DNA from: an uncultured delta proteobacterium
Lineage (GTDB): Bacteria; Desulfobacterota; Binatia; UBA9968
DNA: 64,000 nucleotides
Assembly: GCA_963745835.1 (NCBI GenBank)
Contig: CAVUZH010000014.1
Span: forward strand, 64,001-128,000
Direction: 5' to 3'
The position numbers were made by a program, and so were the translations under genes. Shown here piece after piece: positions 41,251-51,176 of the stretch (its first letter is position 1; the number at the start of each line of letters is the position of its first letter). The notes beneath the pieces were generated by a model. That model was given only the letters and a program-made list of their open reading frames with translations. It made no database searches and was not told the origin of the DNA.

Positions 41251-41288
41251 ATATTGGACCTTAGTCTAATTGGACCTTGGTCCAATAT
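41251..41288. promoter_or_regulatory. Tandem palindromic operator-like site
   Basis: ATTGGACCTTAGTCTAAT overlapping ATTGGACCTTGGTCCAAT, 16-bp period. Confidence 0.55.
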
Positions 41289-42045
41289 GTCGCAGTGGAA
41301 AGAACGCTAGCGGTTCCAGCGTTTGTGATAGTTGGACGCTCTAGATCCCATATTGCTATATGATTGCGGTTTCGCACGGCGTGCTTTGGGATCCGAGCTT
41401 GATGCAATCGCGGTAAAACAGGTCACTCACGATGCAGCGTTTTTGCGTATGAATTGGCGGACGTCGATTCGTGAAACATGAATGGCCAGAAACATATTGC
41501 ACGGATGGCGGGTGAGATGGAATGCGGATGCACCAATACGGCTACCGGATCAGAGGGTTTGGCCGCTTGTCGAACTATGGCCTATGCTTCATGGTCATGG
41601 TCAGCGAGAAGGCACAGTATCGATATGAAGTGCTGTGTTTTGGGACAAAGACGGACTGGCTCCAACACTAGAGTCCTTCAAGGTAAAGCGGCGCACGCCT
41701 TTCATTGGCGCCCAGTCAGAATGAACGGTGGGGATCTAAGTGGGCGGACTCCGGGGGGCTCTAAGCGACTACGAAATAGGCGGATAAAACCTTTTTTATA
41801 CCAAATCCGAATCTTCACCAACGAATACCGTACGAGCTCAAACCTGGAACAACGTGGACTGGTATTGCGGTGCAGAATGAAGGAACCGAAGTTATGCGAG
41901 CGAAGGTTACTTAATGTGCGCTACTATCATTCCCATCGAAACCGTCCTATGAAGAAGCGCATTACATCTAAAACCCCGCGCCACTCCAACGGGACGCCAT
42001 CGAAAATAACCGCCTCTGAGCACGGGGGATAGGCCGAGCAATAGA

Positions 42046-42078
42046 AAAGCCGGCCGCGTTTTCCACGCCGGCTTTCTT
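42046..42078. terminator. Hairpin, probable bidirectional terminator
   Basis: AAAGCCGGC...GCCGGCTTT with A/T flanks. Confidence 0.55.
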
Positions 42079-42136
42079 AGCAACGGCTTGAAAACACAAG
42101 AGACCTGCAAATTTAGGAAGTATAAGATGGCTCGAT

Positions 42137-43432
42137 ATGAATGAAGTAGTGGGACTGGATTTTGGAACAACTAACAGTGCAATTTCGATTGCAAAGCCTG
42201 ATGGAACTGTTGAATTGGCGAAATTCAAAGTCGACAGTCACATTTCAACAACCTTTAGATCTATTCTTTATTTTGATGCCGAGAATCTTAACAAAGACAA
42301 CAGTCCGCGTGCAGTCGCGGGCCCTGAGGCTATAGCATCCTATCTCAAAGGTAAGACTCATGGTCGACTGATTCAATCTATGAAGTCCTATCTGGCAAGT
42401 CATCTATTTAATCAGACGAATATCTTCAACTATACTTTTTCGCTGGAAGACCTTATTGCCATGATTGTGCGAGAACTCAGAGTTGCAGCGGAGAGTCAGT
42501 TCGGGAGGCTCGGTAAAACCGTGGTAGTAGGAAGACCTGCGCACTTCAGTGGAGCTAAAGAAGAAAACGATGATAGCTTCGCTCTTAAGCGGCTTCGATC
42601 GGCAATCGAGGCAGCGGGTTTCGAACAAGTTACGTTTGAGTTCGAGCCGGTGGCGGCTGCATATAAGTATCAGATGCAGCTTGACCATGAGGAACTAGTG
42701 CTGATCGCTGATTTTGGTGGTGGAACTAGCGATTTTTCTCTTGTGCAGCTTCGGCCTTATAATCGGAGCTACGAAGGAGATGATAGTGTTATCATTGGGA
42801 CAGATGGGATTGGCATTGCCGGTGATACGTTTGATAGCAAAATGATGCGCCATGTGGTCGCACCAAGACTCGGACTAAATTCACGTTATCGATCTCCTTT
42901 TGGCAATATTCTGGCGGTGCCATTTTGGATCTACGAACACTTGGAAAAGTGGCATTATCTTTCATTCTTGAAGACTAAGCGAACTATGGAACAACTTAAA
43001 GAATTAAGTTTTCAGGCGTTAGAACCAGACAAGATAAATGCGCTAATTCATGTTGTTGAGAATGATCGTGGGTACCAGCTTTACAGGTCGGTGGAAAATA
43101 CAAAGTGTGAACTTTCTAAAAACGAAACCGCGTCATTCAGTTTCGAGGATCTTCCAATACAGATTATCGAGCTAATGAGCCGTCGCGACTTTGAAGGATG
43201 GATCGCACCAGAGACTCAGCAAATTGCTGACTGCATCGATCGTCTACTTAAGCAGTGTCATCTGTCCTCTAGGGATGTCGACACAGTTTTTATGACAGGG
43301 GGCTCCTCGTTTGTCCCTGCAATAAGAGGCCTTTTTGAACAGAGATTTGGCGCGGCCCGGCTGCGGGCAGGTGAAGAACTCACATCCGTTGCAACGGGAC
43401 TGGCGGTCAGTGCGCTACGCAGGTTCTCGTAA
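42137..43432 (+). CDS. yegD: Hsp70-family protein, YegD-like (ATPase domain only)
   Basis: GLDFGTTNS, GRLIQSMKS, EPVAAA, DFGGGTSDFS, TGGSS, SVATGLA; visibly AT-richer than the flanks. Confidence 0.88.
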   Translation: MNEVVGLDFGTTNSAISIAKPDGTVELAKFKVDSHISTTFRSILYFDAENLNKDNSPRAVAGPEAIASYLKGKTHGRLIQSMKSYLASHLFNQTNIFNYTFSLEDLIAMIVRELRVAAESQFGRLGKTVVVGRPAHFSGAKEENDDSFALKRLRSAIEAAGFEQVTFEFEPVAAAYKYQMQLDHEELVLIADFGGGTSDFSLVQLRPYNRSYEGDDSVIIGTDGIGIAGDTFDSKMMRHVVAPRLGLNSRYRSPFGNILAVPFWIYEHLEKWHYLSFLKTKRTMEQLKELSFQALEPDKINALIHVVENDRGYQLYRSVENTKCELSKNETASFSFEDLPIQIIELMSRRDFEGWIAPETQQIADCIDRLLKQCHLSSRDVDTVFMTGGSSFVPAIRGLFEQRFGAARLRAGEELTSVATGLAVSALRRFS

Positions 43433-43619
43433 TTCTTTGTTGATGCGGTTCTGTTCAGACGCGAATTATTTGAGAGGTACCTAGGAAGAGTAAGGAGCCC
43501 CAGAGCGTCGGGCTGCATAGCTGAATGTGTCCGATAAATCGCAATGGCAGACTTTGTCTTCGCTTTAAGTCTTCAAGCAGTTTCCCAATAATCACCCAAA
43601 ACTAAGTTCCAAGGCAGAC

Positions 43620-44405
43620 TCAACGACGAGACGTCGCGCGCCTTCTTCTCTCAAGCCTCTCGGGCTCTGACCGGCTAACTTGTAACCCGACGGCGCGCTT
43701 AAGTTTGATGATTTCGGTGCGCATCAACGGGCGAATCTCTCCGGGCGCGAGCCTGCCCAGCTCGACATTGCCGATGCGCACGCGGATCAGCTTTTCGACG
43801 AAATAGCCGAGCGCCTCGAACATGCGCCGGACTTCACGGTTGCGGCCCTCGTGGAGTTCTATTTCTATCCAAGCGTTCTTCTTAAGTTTCTCCAGTACGC
43901 GAACGCGCGCCGGAGCCGTCATGCCATCTTCCAGGCGAATCCCATTGCGCAGCCGGCCCAGCTCTATTTCGGTCGGGCACGCGCTGAGCTTAACGTGATA
44001 AAGTTTCTTGACGCCAAAGCGCGGGTGCATCAGGCGCTGCGCCAGCTCGCCGTCGTTGGTCAGCAGGATCAGCCCCGAGGAATTGAAATCCAGGCGTCCG
44101 ACCGGAAAGACTCTTTGCTTTTCCCCGAGCGGTTCTAGAAACTGAGTGATATCGGGCCGCTGTTGCGGATCGTTGAGGGTGGTAATAACTCCGGCGGGTT
44201 TGTTCAGCGCCAGATAAACCGGTTCCGCGGCAAGCTTGATTCGTTTGCCGTCGACCCGGATGCTATCTCTCGATGGTTCGGCCTGAGTACCCAATTTGCG
44301 CACCACGGTGCCATTGACACTAACCCGCCCTTCGAGAATCCAACGCTCCGCTTCACGACGCGACGCCAGACCCGCGCGCGCGAGAATTTTCTGCAAGCGT
44401 TCCAT
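43620..44405 (-). CDS. rluB: 23S rRNA pseudouridine synthase (RluB/RsuA family)
   Basis: S4 domain ERLQKILA..SRR; PVGRLD; EGRNREVRRM. Confidence 0.9.
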   Translation of the reverse strand: MERLQKILARAGLASRREAERWILEGRVSVNGTVVRKLGTQAEPSRDSIRVDGKRIKLAAEPVYLALNKPAGVITTLNDPQQRPDITQFLEPLGEKQRVFPVGRLDFNSSGLILLTNDGELAQRLMHPRFGVKKLYHVKLSACPTEIELGRLRNGIRLEDGMTAPARVRVLEKLKKNAWIEIELHEGRNREVRRMFEALGYFVEKLIRVRIGNVELGRLAPGEIRPLMRTEIIKLKRAVGLQVSRSEPERLERRRRATSRR

Positions 44406-44411
44406 AGCCGC

Positions 44412-45023
44412 TTAATCCTGCTTCTCCTGTTCGGCTTCTTGGCGCTGCTCCGCGTCTTCAAGCTGTTCAAGGGATACTTGGTCGTCCGGGATTTCCGGCA
44501 ACGTCATCTCTTCCATCTCTTTCAGGGTTGGCAATTGCGCCAGATCCTTGAGATTGAACAGCTCCAAAAACTCCGGCGTTGTCCCATAGAGAAAGGGCCT
44601 GCCCGGCACATCCTTGCGCGCAACGGCGCGAACCAGATTGCGCTCCAGCAGTGTCGTGATCACGCCGTCAACGTCGACGCCGCGGATCGCTTCGATCTCA
44701 GCCTTGGTGATGGGCTGGCGGTAGGCGACGATTGCCAAAGTCTCCAGCGTCGCCCGGCCCATTCGCGCCGGCCGGCCGCCGAGAAATTTTTTAACCCAGT
44801 CCGCATTCGCCTTGGCGGTACGCAACTGGTAGCCGCCGGCGACCTCTACCAAACGAATGCCGCGCCGGTTGTCTTGCAGTTCGTTATCCAGCTCTTCGAG
44901 AATAGAGCGGATGTCGTCTTTGCCGGCGCCATCGATGACTTCGGTCAAACGTTGCACCGTCAATGGGCCATCGGCGACAAACAGCAGGCTCTCGAGTATC
45001 GACTTCACATCTTCACGTTCCAT
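44412..45023 (-). CDS. scpB: SMC-Scp complex subunit ScpB
   Basis: LETLAIVAYRQPIT, IRGV, PGRPFLYGTT. Confidence 0.95.
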   Translation of the reverse strand: MEREDVKSILESLLFVADGPLTVQRLTEVIDGAGKDDIRSILEELDNELQDNRRGIRLVEVAGGYQLRTAKANADWVKKFLGGRPARMGRATLETLAIVAYRQPITKAEIEAIRGVDVDGVITTLLERNLVRAVARKDVPGRPFLYGTTPEFLELFNLKDLAQLPTLKEMEEMTLPEIPDDQVSLEQLEDAEQRQEAEQEKQD

Positions 45024-45784
45024 GTTGCTCTTCCTCGGGCTCCTCAGCATTCGCCAGTTCCGCGGCTTGTTCCATGGAGGCGGCGGCTTCGATAATGATC
45101 GGTCCCGTCAATTGTTCCTGGAAAATTCTTACCGCGCGCACTTTCACCAGCTCCAACATCGCCAGAAACATAACCACCACATCCATGCGCGTCTTGGCCT
45201 CGTTGAACAGTTCCTCAAATAACACCCGGCCCTGGGCGCGCAATTTATCCAGAAGCAGAGTCATCTTCTCGCGCACCGTGACCTTCTCGAGTTCCACGTG
45301 ATGGAACACATCCTTCGGCAAACGATCGATGACTCGCCGCAGAGCATTTAACAGCTCGAAAACCGACAACTCGCGAAACGTCGGCGCAGCGGCTTCTTCA
45401 ACCGGCATGGCCGAACGGACAAAAACGTCGCGGCTCAACATTTCTCTCTGTTCGAGCTGATCCGCGGCATCCTTGAAGCGCTGGTAATCCAACAGTCGGC
45501 GCACCAGCTCGTCGCGCGGGTCATTGCCCTCGTCCTCTTCCGTCTCGTCAGCGCCTGCCGGGAGAAGCATTCGCGATTTAATATGAATCAAGGTAGCGGC
45601 CATCACCAGAAATTCTCCGGCGACATCCAGACTGAGACGTCTCCATCAGCTCCAGAGTGGCCAAATACTGCTCGGTGATGCTGGCAATGGGAATGTCGGT
45701 GATGCTCACCTCATTTTTTTTGATTAAATGAAGCAGCAGATCTAAAGGACCTTCGAATATTTCTAGTTGAACTCGGGTGCTCAC
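45013..45784 (-). CDS. scpA: Segregation/condensation protein ScpA, +1 frameshift near 45637
   Basis: [13 protein letters not shown]-terminus; removing one base restores [19 protein letters not shown]; C-terminal FLAMLEL. Confidence 0.92.
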
Positions 45785-46759
45785 AGTCCCAGTGTTTCCC
45801 GCACTTCGCTCATGGTTTCACTCGCCTTCTTCTGGGCGGCTTCATGGCCGGCCTGCAAGACTTCTTCGACTACTTCAGGGGTTTTTTCCAGCTGCGCTCG
45901 CTTTTCTCTGAATGGCGCAAGATCTTCGATCACATGCTTGATCATGACCTTTTTGCATTCGAGACAACCGATGCCCGCAGTGCGGCAGCCCATGCTGACA
46001 AATTCGATCTCTTCAGGCGTGCAGTAGATTTTGTGGAGTTGAAATGCCGGACACTTCTCCGGCTCCCCAGGATCGGTGCGCTTGACCCGAGCCGGATCGG
46101 TCATCATCCGGCTGAGCTTGCGGTCGATTTCCTCCGCAGGATCGGAGAGAAAAACTGCGTTGCCGTAACTCTTGCTCATTTTGCGGCCATCCAAACCCGG
46201 CAATTTCTGCGTCTCGGTCAGCAACACTTCGGGTTCGGGAAATATCGAACGATAGAGTTGATTAAAACGCCGGACAATTTCCCGGGTCAACTCCACGTGG
46301 GGCGCCTGATCCACGCCGACGGGAACCTTGTTGGCTTTATAAATGGTGATGTCGGCCGCCTGCAGCACCGGATAGCCGAGAAATCCATAGGTCGAAAGGT
46401 CTTTGCCGGTGAGCTCCTTGATCTGCTCTTTATAGGTAGGGTTGCGCTCGAGCCACGGCACCGGGGTAATCATCGAGTAAATCAAATGCAACTCGGCGTG
46501 TTCTTTCACCCGGGATTGGCGAAACAGCACCGAGCGCGCCGGATCAAGCCCGACGCTAAGCCAGTCCATGACCATTTCAATGGTGCTTTGCCCGATTCCT
46601 TGGGGGGTGGCGTAATCGGTGGTGAGCGCATGCCAGTCGGCGACAAAGAAATAGCATCGATAATTTTCCTGTAAACGAATCCAGTTCTTGAGCGCGCCGT
46701 GCAGGTGTCCGAGGTGCAAGCGCCCGGTGGGTCTGGCGCCGCTAACGATTGATTTCCAT
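45781..46759 (-). CDS. trpS: Tryptophanyl-tRNA synthetase, +1 frameshift in the first codons
   Basis: [13 protein letters not shown] (HIGH motif), [21 protein letters not shown]; ATG at 46759 is out of frame by one base. Confidence 0.95.
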
Positions 46760-46771
46760 AATAGTCCAATC

Positions 46772-47445
46772 CTAAATCAATTCGAGGAAAATTTTTAGCA
46801 AAAAATCGAGCGGCGGTCCGATGATCCAGCTCAAAGACCGAGTCATCGAGCAGCAGCAGCAGAATGAGAAAGCCAAACGGTTCGATACGCGCCAGCAGCG
46901 TAGAAAAAGGCTCGGGCAGCAAACCCACCAACACGCGCCCGCCGTCGAGCGGCGGCAGCGGCAGCAGGTTAAAGACCGCCAACACGATATTGATCAAAAT
47001 TCCTCTTTCGAGCATGAAAATGATCGGCACAAAAAAGTCGACAAGCGACGCTGACAACCCCACCGGAGAGCTTTTGCCGATCATGGGGACGAGAAACTTG
47101 AGCAACAAGACGCACAACAACGCCAGTAGAAAATTGGTCGCCGGACCGGCCAACGCCACCCAGATCATATCTCGTTTGGGATTTCGCAGGTTTTGAAAAT
47201 TCACCGGCACCGGCTTGGCGTAGCCGAACAGAAACGGCGCATTGGAAATGATCAGCAGTAGAGGAATCAGAATAGTGCCGAACAGATCGACATGGGCAAT
47301 CGGGATTCAAGGTAAGGCGGCCCATTTGCGCGGCGGTCGAATCGCCCAGGTGATAAGCCACCCAGCCATGCGCCACCTCATGAAACACAATCGCCAGCAA
47401 TACCGGCAGGGCCCAGATCGCAATCTGTCTTATGGTTTCTTCCAA
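46772..47445 (-). CDS. Site-2 protease (M50), two +1 frameshifts
   Basis: HEVAH, RLTLNP|IAHVD, AGPATN, FNLLPLPPLDG; slips near 47302-47304 and ~46847. Confidence 0.88.
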
Positions 47446-47549
47446 AGTTCTATATCTTTCGAGAAATAGTTTGAAAACGTATGGTAAAGCTTCTTAAAAC
47501 ACAAGATGAAACGAGAACACTTCAATGTCCGATATACGAAGGACTTCCG

Positions 47550-48488
47550 CTACTCGGTCGCCAGTTTTGGCTTACGTTGCGCGCCGCTTTCGCGCGGGTG
47601 ATAGCGTTGGTGGGCCTGTTTCAGGCGATTGGCATCCACGTGAGTATAGATCTGTGTCGTCGAAATATCCGCATGGCCGAGCATCGTCTGCACCGAGCGA
47701 AGATCAGCGCCGCCTGCCAGCAGATGGGTGGCGAAAGAATGGCGCAACGTATGGGGCGAAACTTTTTTATCGATGCCGGCAGCCAGGGCGTAACCCCGAA
47801 TGATCTTCCAGAATCCCTGGCGGGTGAGCGCTTGACCGGAGCGATTGAGGAATAGAAAAGCGCTGGATTTGCCCTTCAGCAGACGCGGCCTAGTTTCTTG
47901 AATGTACCGAACTAGTTTTTCCCGCGCCCATTTGCCAAACGGCACAGCCCGCATCTTGGAACCTTTGCCGCTGACGGTTAGGTAATCGCCTTGGAAATCG
48001 ACCTGTTGTAGCTTTATTAGCACCAACTCCGAGACCCGCAGTCCAGTTGCATAGAGTAGTTCCAACATCGCCTGGTCGCGCGCTCCCAGAACTTGATTGG
48101 GATCCGGTTGATTCAAGAGAGAGCGGACATCGTCCCCATTAAGAGCATGCGGCAGTTTTCGCGCTCTACTGCTTAAATGAAACTCCGGAATCGGAGGACT
48201 ACTCACCAACCCTTCATTTTGCAGAAAACGATAGAACCGCCTTACGGTGACAATCTGTCGGGCGATTGAACGACTGCTCAGATTGCGGACGCGCAAAGAT
48301 GACACGAACGAACGAAGATGAATCGGCTCCACCGCATCCCAGCAGGTTACCTTCTGTTTGAGCATGAAATCCGCCAATCCGGAGAGATCGCGGCTATAGG
48401 CCTCCACGGTGTTTTTGGCAAGCCCCTTCTCGACACTGATCATCGTCAGAAATGAATCAATGTAAGGGTGCAGCGAGTCTTTCATCAT
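47550..48488 (-). CDS. xerD: Tyrosine recombinase XerD
   Basis: LAKNTVEAY, LYATGLRVSEL, GKGSK, HTLRHSFATH, LGHADISTTQIY; housekeeping context. Confidence 0.92.
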   Translation of the reverse strand: MMKDSLHPYIDSFLTMISVEKGLAKNTVEAYSRDLSGLADFMLKQKVTCWDAVEPIHLRSFVSSLRVRNLSSRSIARQIVTVRRFYRFLQNEGLVSSPPIPEFHLSSRARKLPHALNGDDVRSLLNQPDPNQVLGARDQAMLELLYATGLRVSELVLIKLQQVDFQGDYLTVSGKGSKMRAVPFGKWAREKLVRYIQETRPRLLKGKSSAFLFLNRSGQALTRQGFWKIIRGYALAAGIDKKVSPHTLRHSFATHLLAGGADLRSVQTMLGHADISTTQIYTHVDANRLKQAHQRYHPRESGAQRKPKLATE

Positions 48489-51162
48489 CGGGAACGAGGC
48501 TAGCGTAGAGTGTCTGGCGAATTGCTTCAATGCGCGCGGAGTCTTCGACCTTTCCCCCTCGCTCAGTCGTGACAAAAAATACGTCGGCCACCTGATCGAC
48601 ATTGGTCGAGATCTTTGCCACATGAATCGAAAGGCCAAGCTGGTGCAGCGTATAGGTTATTCTAAACAAGATGCCGAGGCGATCCGCGGTATATACTTCG
48701 ACGACCGTGTAAAGAGCTGAGGCTTCGTTATCTATCTCGATGGAGGTCATCACTTTGGGCATGCGCTTTCGAAAAAGCGTCGATTGCGATTTTTCCACCA
48801 GCCTTTCAACGTCGATGTTTCCATCCAAAACCGCTTCCAAAGTCGAGCGGAAGCGGCTCCAGCGCTGCTCGGCCATGGCGATTTCCGAGCGCCCCCCGTG
48901 CGATACTCGAAAGATGTCGAGGATGCGGCCATCGCTGGCGGTGAAAATTCGGGCGTTGAGAATATCCAATCTCATCGCCGCCATAACCCCGGCGATTGAA
49001 GCAAACAGTCCGGGACGATCGGCGGTGCAGATCGCTACGGTGCTGCAATCTTTTTCTGGAAAGTGCTCGACGGAAACCGCCGCGCCACGGCCTTTAAATT
49101 CTTGCATCAGAGCGAAATGCGCCGGCATCTCGCCTTCAGCCACTGATAAAAAGTAACGTTCGGGCATTACCTCGATAAAACGATCGACTTCTTCGGGTGA
49201 GGAGGTCGCCGATAATTCTTCGCGCACGCGAGTCTGAATGCGCCCCAGAGCGGCGCGAATGTCTTGACGGTGAAACTCGCCCTTCTCCATATCCTCCAAC
49301 ACCGTCAGCGTCTTTACATAGAGTTCGCCCAGCAGCGATGCCTTCCACGGATTCCAAACGTCGGGCCCGACGCCGCGCACGTCGGCATAGGTGAGCAGAT
49401 AGAGCATCTTGAGATTGTTAACACTGCCCATCGTTTGAGCAAAGTCACATATGGTTTTCTCGTCTTCCAGATCGCGGCGAAAAGCCGTGTTAGTCATCAG
49501 CAGATGATGCCGAACCAAGAATTCCACCAGCGCGCCGTCGTCGACATTAAGCCGCATGCGATCGGCGATCTGGCGCACCATCACGGCGCCCCGTTCGGAA
49601 TGACCGCCACCGAAGCCTTTGCCGATATCGTGTAACATGAGCCCGAGATAGAGCAGCTCGATCTTTTCGGCTTCTCGCGCTAACTGCGTCAGCAACGGCA
49701 GCGACTCCTTGAACTCCCCGGCTTTGAGCCGCTCGATTTCCTGAATCAAGCGCAACGAGTGTTGGTCGACAGTGTAGATGTGATAGGCATCGTGCAAAAC
49801 CATGCAAAGAAGCCTGCCGAATTCGGGAATGAAAGCGCCGAGAACCCCGGCCCGATGCATTTCGAACAAGGTGTCGTAAACGCCTTCTTTCCATTTGAGA
49901 ATTCGAAAGAACGGCAAGTTGGCCGCGGCCGAAGCTCGATAAGCATCGTCGATCAAATGGAGATGAGCGCGCAGCAGCTCTCGGCTTTCGTGACTGAGCG
50001 AGCAGCGATGCTTTTGCATCTCTTCGAAGATGCCCATCAGATTGCCGCGATCTCGCGTAAGAATCTCCGGTTTGGTGATCGTGATGTGGTCTCTGGAGAT
50101 CCTTACTCCCTCCCGTATATTTCGCCCGAGGCCGACCATCCCGCCGATAAGCGGCCAGCCATTATCGGTCAAGCGATGCGTGATCAAGGCAGTGAGGCGG
50201 CTGATTTCTGAAGCGTGCCGATAATAATGGCTCATGAATACTTCGACCGCTTTGAGGCTGCCTTCGCCTTGAAAACCCAGCGCCTTACTCACTTTCTCCT
50301 GTTCTTCGAAAGTCAACTGATCCTGGTGTTTGCCGGTCGAAAAATGCAGCTCGTTGCGGACTCGCAGGAGGAAATCATGAGAGGCCTTCAGTTTCGCGAT
50401 ATCCGCCGCGTTGATGATGCCCTTGGCCGCCAGCTCATCGAGATCTTTCACCTGCATTTTGACCCGCGCCATCCAACGCGCGGTATGGATATCCCGCAAC
50501 CCTCCCTCGCTCTCCTTGACGTCCGGTTCCAACAGATAAACCGAACCGCCGTAGCCGGCATGCCGTGCGTCGTTTTCGGCGAGCTTTTCGCCGACAAATC
50601 CGTTGACCCGTTTTCTGGCCAAGCGGCTCTGGACGGATTTTTCAAATTCGTTGTAGAGGGTTTGGTCACCGCAGACGTATCTGCTATCGAGTAGCGCCGT
50701 CCTGACTTTCATATCGGTACCGGCCAAGCCCATCGACTCACCGATGCTACGAATGGCATGACCCACCTGAAGCCCGGCGTCCCATAGCGTATAGAGGAGT
50801 TTCTCGGTGACCGCCTCGACGAACGGTGAGACTTTCCAGGAGTAGATAAACAGGAGATCGATATCCGAGTGCGGATTGAGCTCGCTTCGACCATAGCCTC
50901 CCTGAGCGATAATCGCGCATTGCGGATTGGCGCTCGGGTAACGGCGCAAAAAGTCCTTGCTGATTGCGGCGAAGAGATGGCAAATCAGCTCGTCCATCAT
51001 TTTTGAATAGGCGGCAGCGATTTCGAGCCCGCCGCCGCCGGCGCGGTGCTTTTCGAACAAGGCGGTACGCGCCTTTTGCACATAGCTGCGGGTCAAACCA
51101 GTCAGGCCCGTGATGTCCTTGGTTTCCTCGAGCAAGGAATGAGGCAATGAGACAGAGTCCAC
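48457..51162 (-). CDS. glnD: PII uridylyltransferase
   Basis: GGYGR..PHSDIDL, GGLRD, HIYTVDQH, LHDIGKG, two ACT domains (DRPGLF, DRLGIL). Confidence 0.95.
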   Translation of the reverse strand: MDSVSLPHSLLEETKDITGLTGLTRSYVQKARTALFEKHRAGGGGLEIAAAYSKMMDELICHLFAAISKDFLRRYPSANPQCAIIAQGGYGRSELNPHSDIDLLFIYSWKVSPFVEAVTEKLLYTLWDAGLQVGHAIRSIGESMGLAGTDMKVRTALLDSRYVCGDQTLYNEFEKSVQSRLARKRVNGFVGEKLAENDARHAGYGGSVYLLEPDVKESEGGLRDIHTARWMARVKMQVKDLDELAAKGIINAADIAKLKASHDFLLRVRNELHFSTGKHQDQLTFEEQEKVSKALGFQGEGSLKAVEVFMSHYYRHASEISRLTALITHRLTDNGWPLIGGMVGLGRNIREGVRISRDHITITKPEILTRDRGNLMGIFEEMQKHRCSLSHESRELLRAHLHLIDDAYRASAAANLPFFRILKWKEGVYDTLFEMHRAGVLGAFIPEFGRLLCMVLHDAYHIYTVDQHSLRLIQEIERLKAGEFKESLPLLTQLAREAEKIELLYLGLMLHDIGKGFGGGHSERGAVMVRQIADRMRLNVDDGALVEFLVRHHLLMTNTAFRRDLEDEKTICDFAQTMGSVNNLKMLYLLTYADVRGVGPDVWNPWKASLLGELYVKTLTVLEDMEKGEFHRQDIRAALGRIQTRVREELSATSSPEEVDRFIEVMPERYFLSVAEGEMPAHFALMQEFKGRGAAVSVEHFPEKDCSTVAICTADRPGLFASIAGVMAAMRLDILNARIFTASDGRILDIFRVSHGGRSEIAMAEQRWSRFRSTLEAVLDGNIDVERLVEKSQSTLFRKRMPKVMTSIEIDNEASALYTVVEVYTADRLGILFRITYTLHQLGLSIHVAKISTNVDQVADVFFVTTERGGKVEDSARIEAIRQTLYASLVPDDERLAAPLH

Positions 51163-51176
51163 GAGTAAGTTTACCT

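Noticed and set aside
41478-42032. 184-aa ORF
   Set aside because: No domain signal and atypical composition; cannot be supported
45637-47304. Programmed ribosomal frameshifting
   Set aside because: No slippery heptamers or shared signal; clustered insertions fit sequencing error
47550-48488. Phage or island integrase
   Set aside because: XerD-like sequence overlapping glnD in a housekeeping operon; no att site or phage genes
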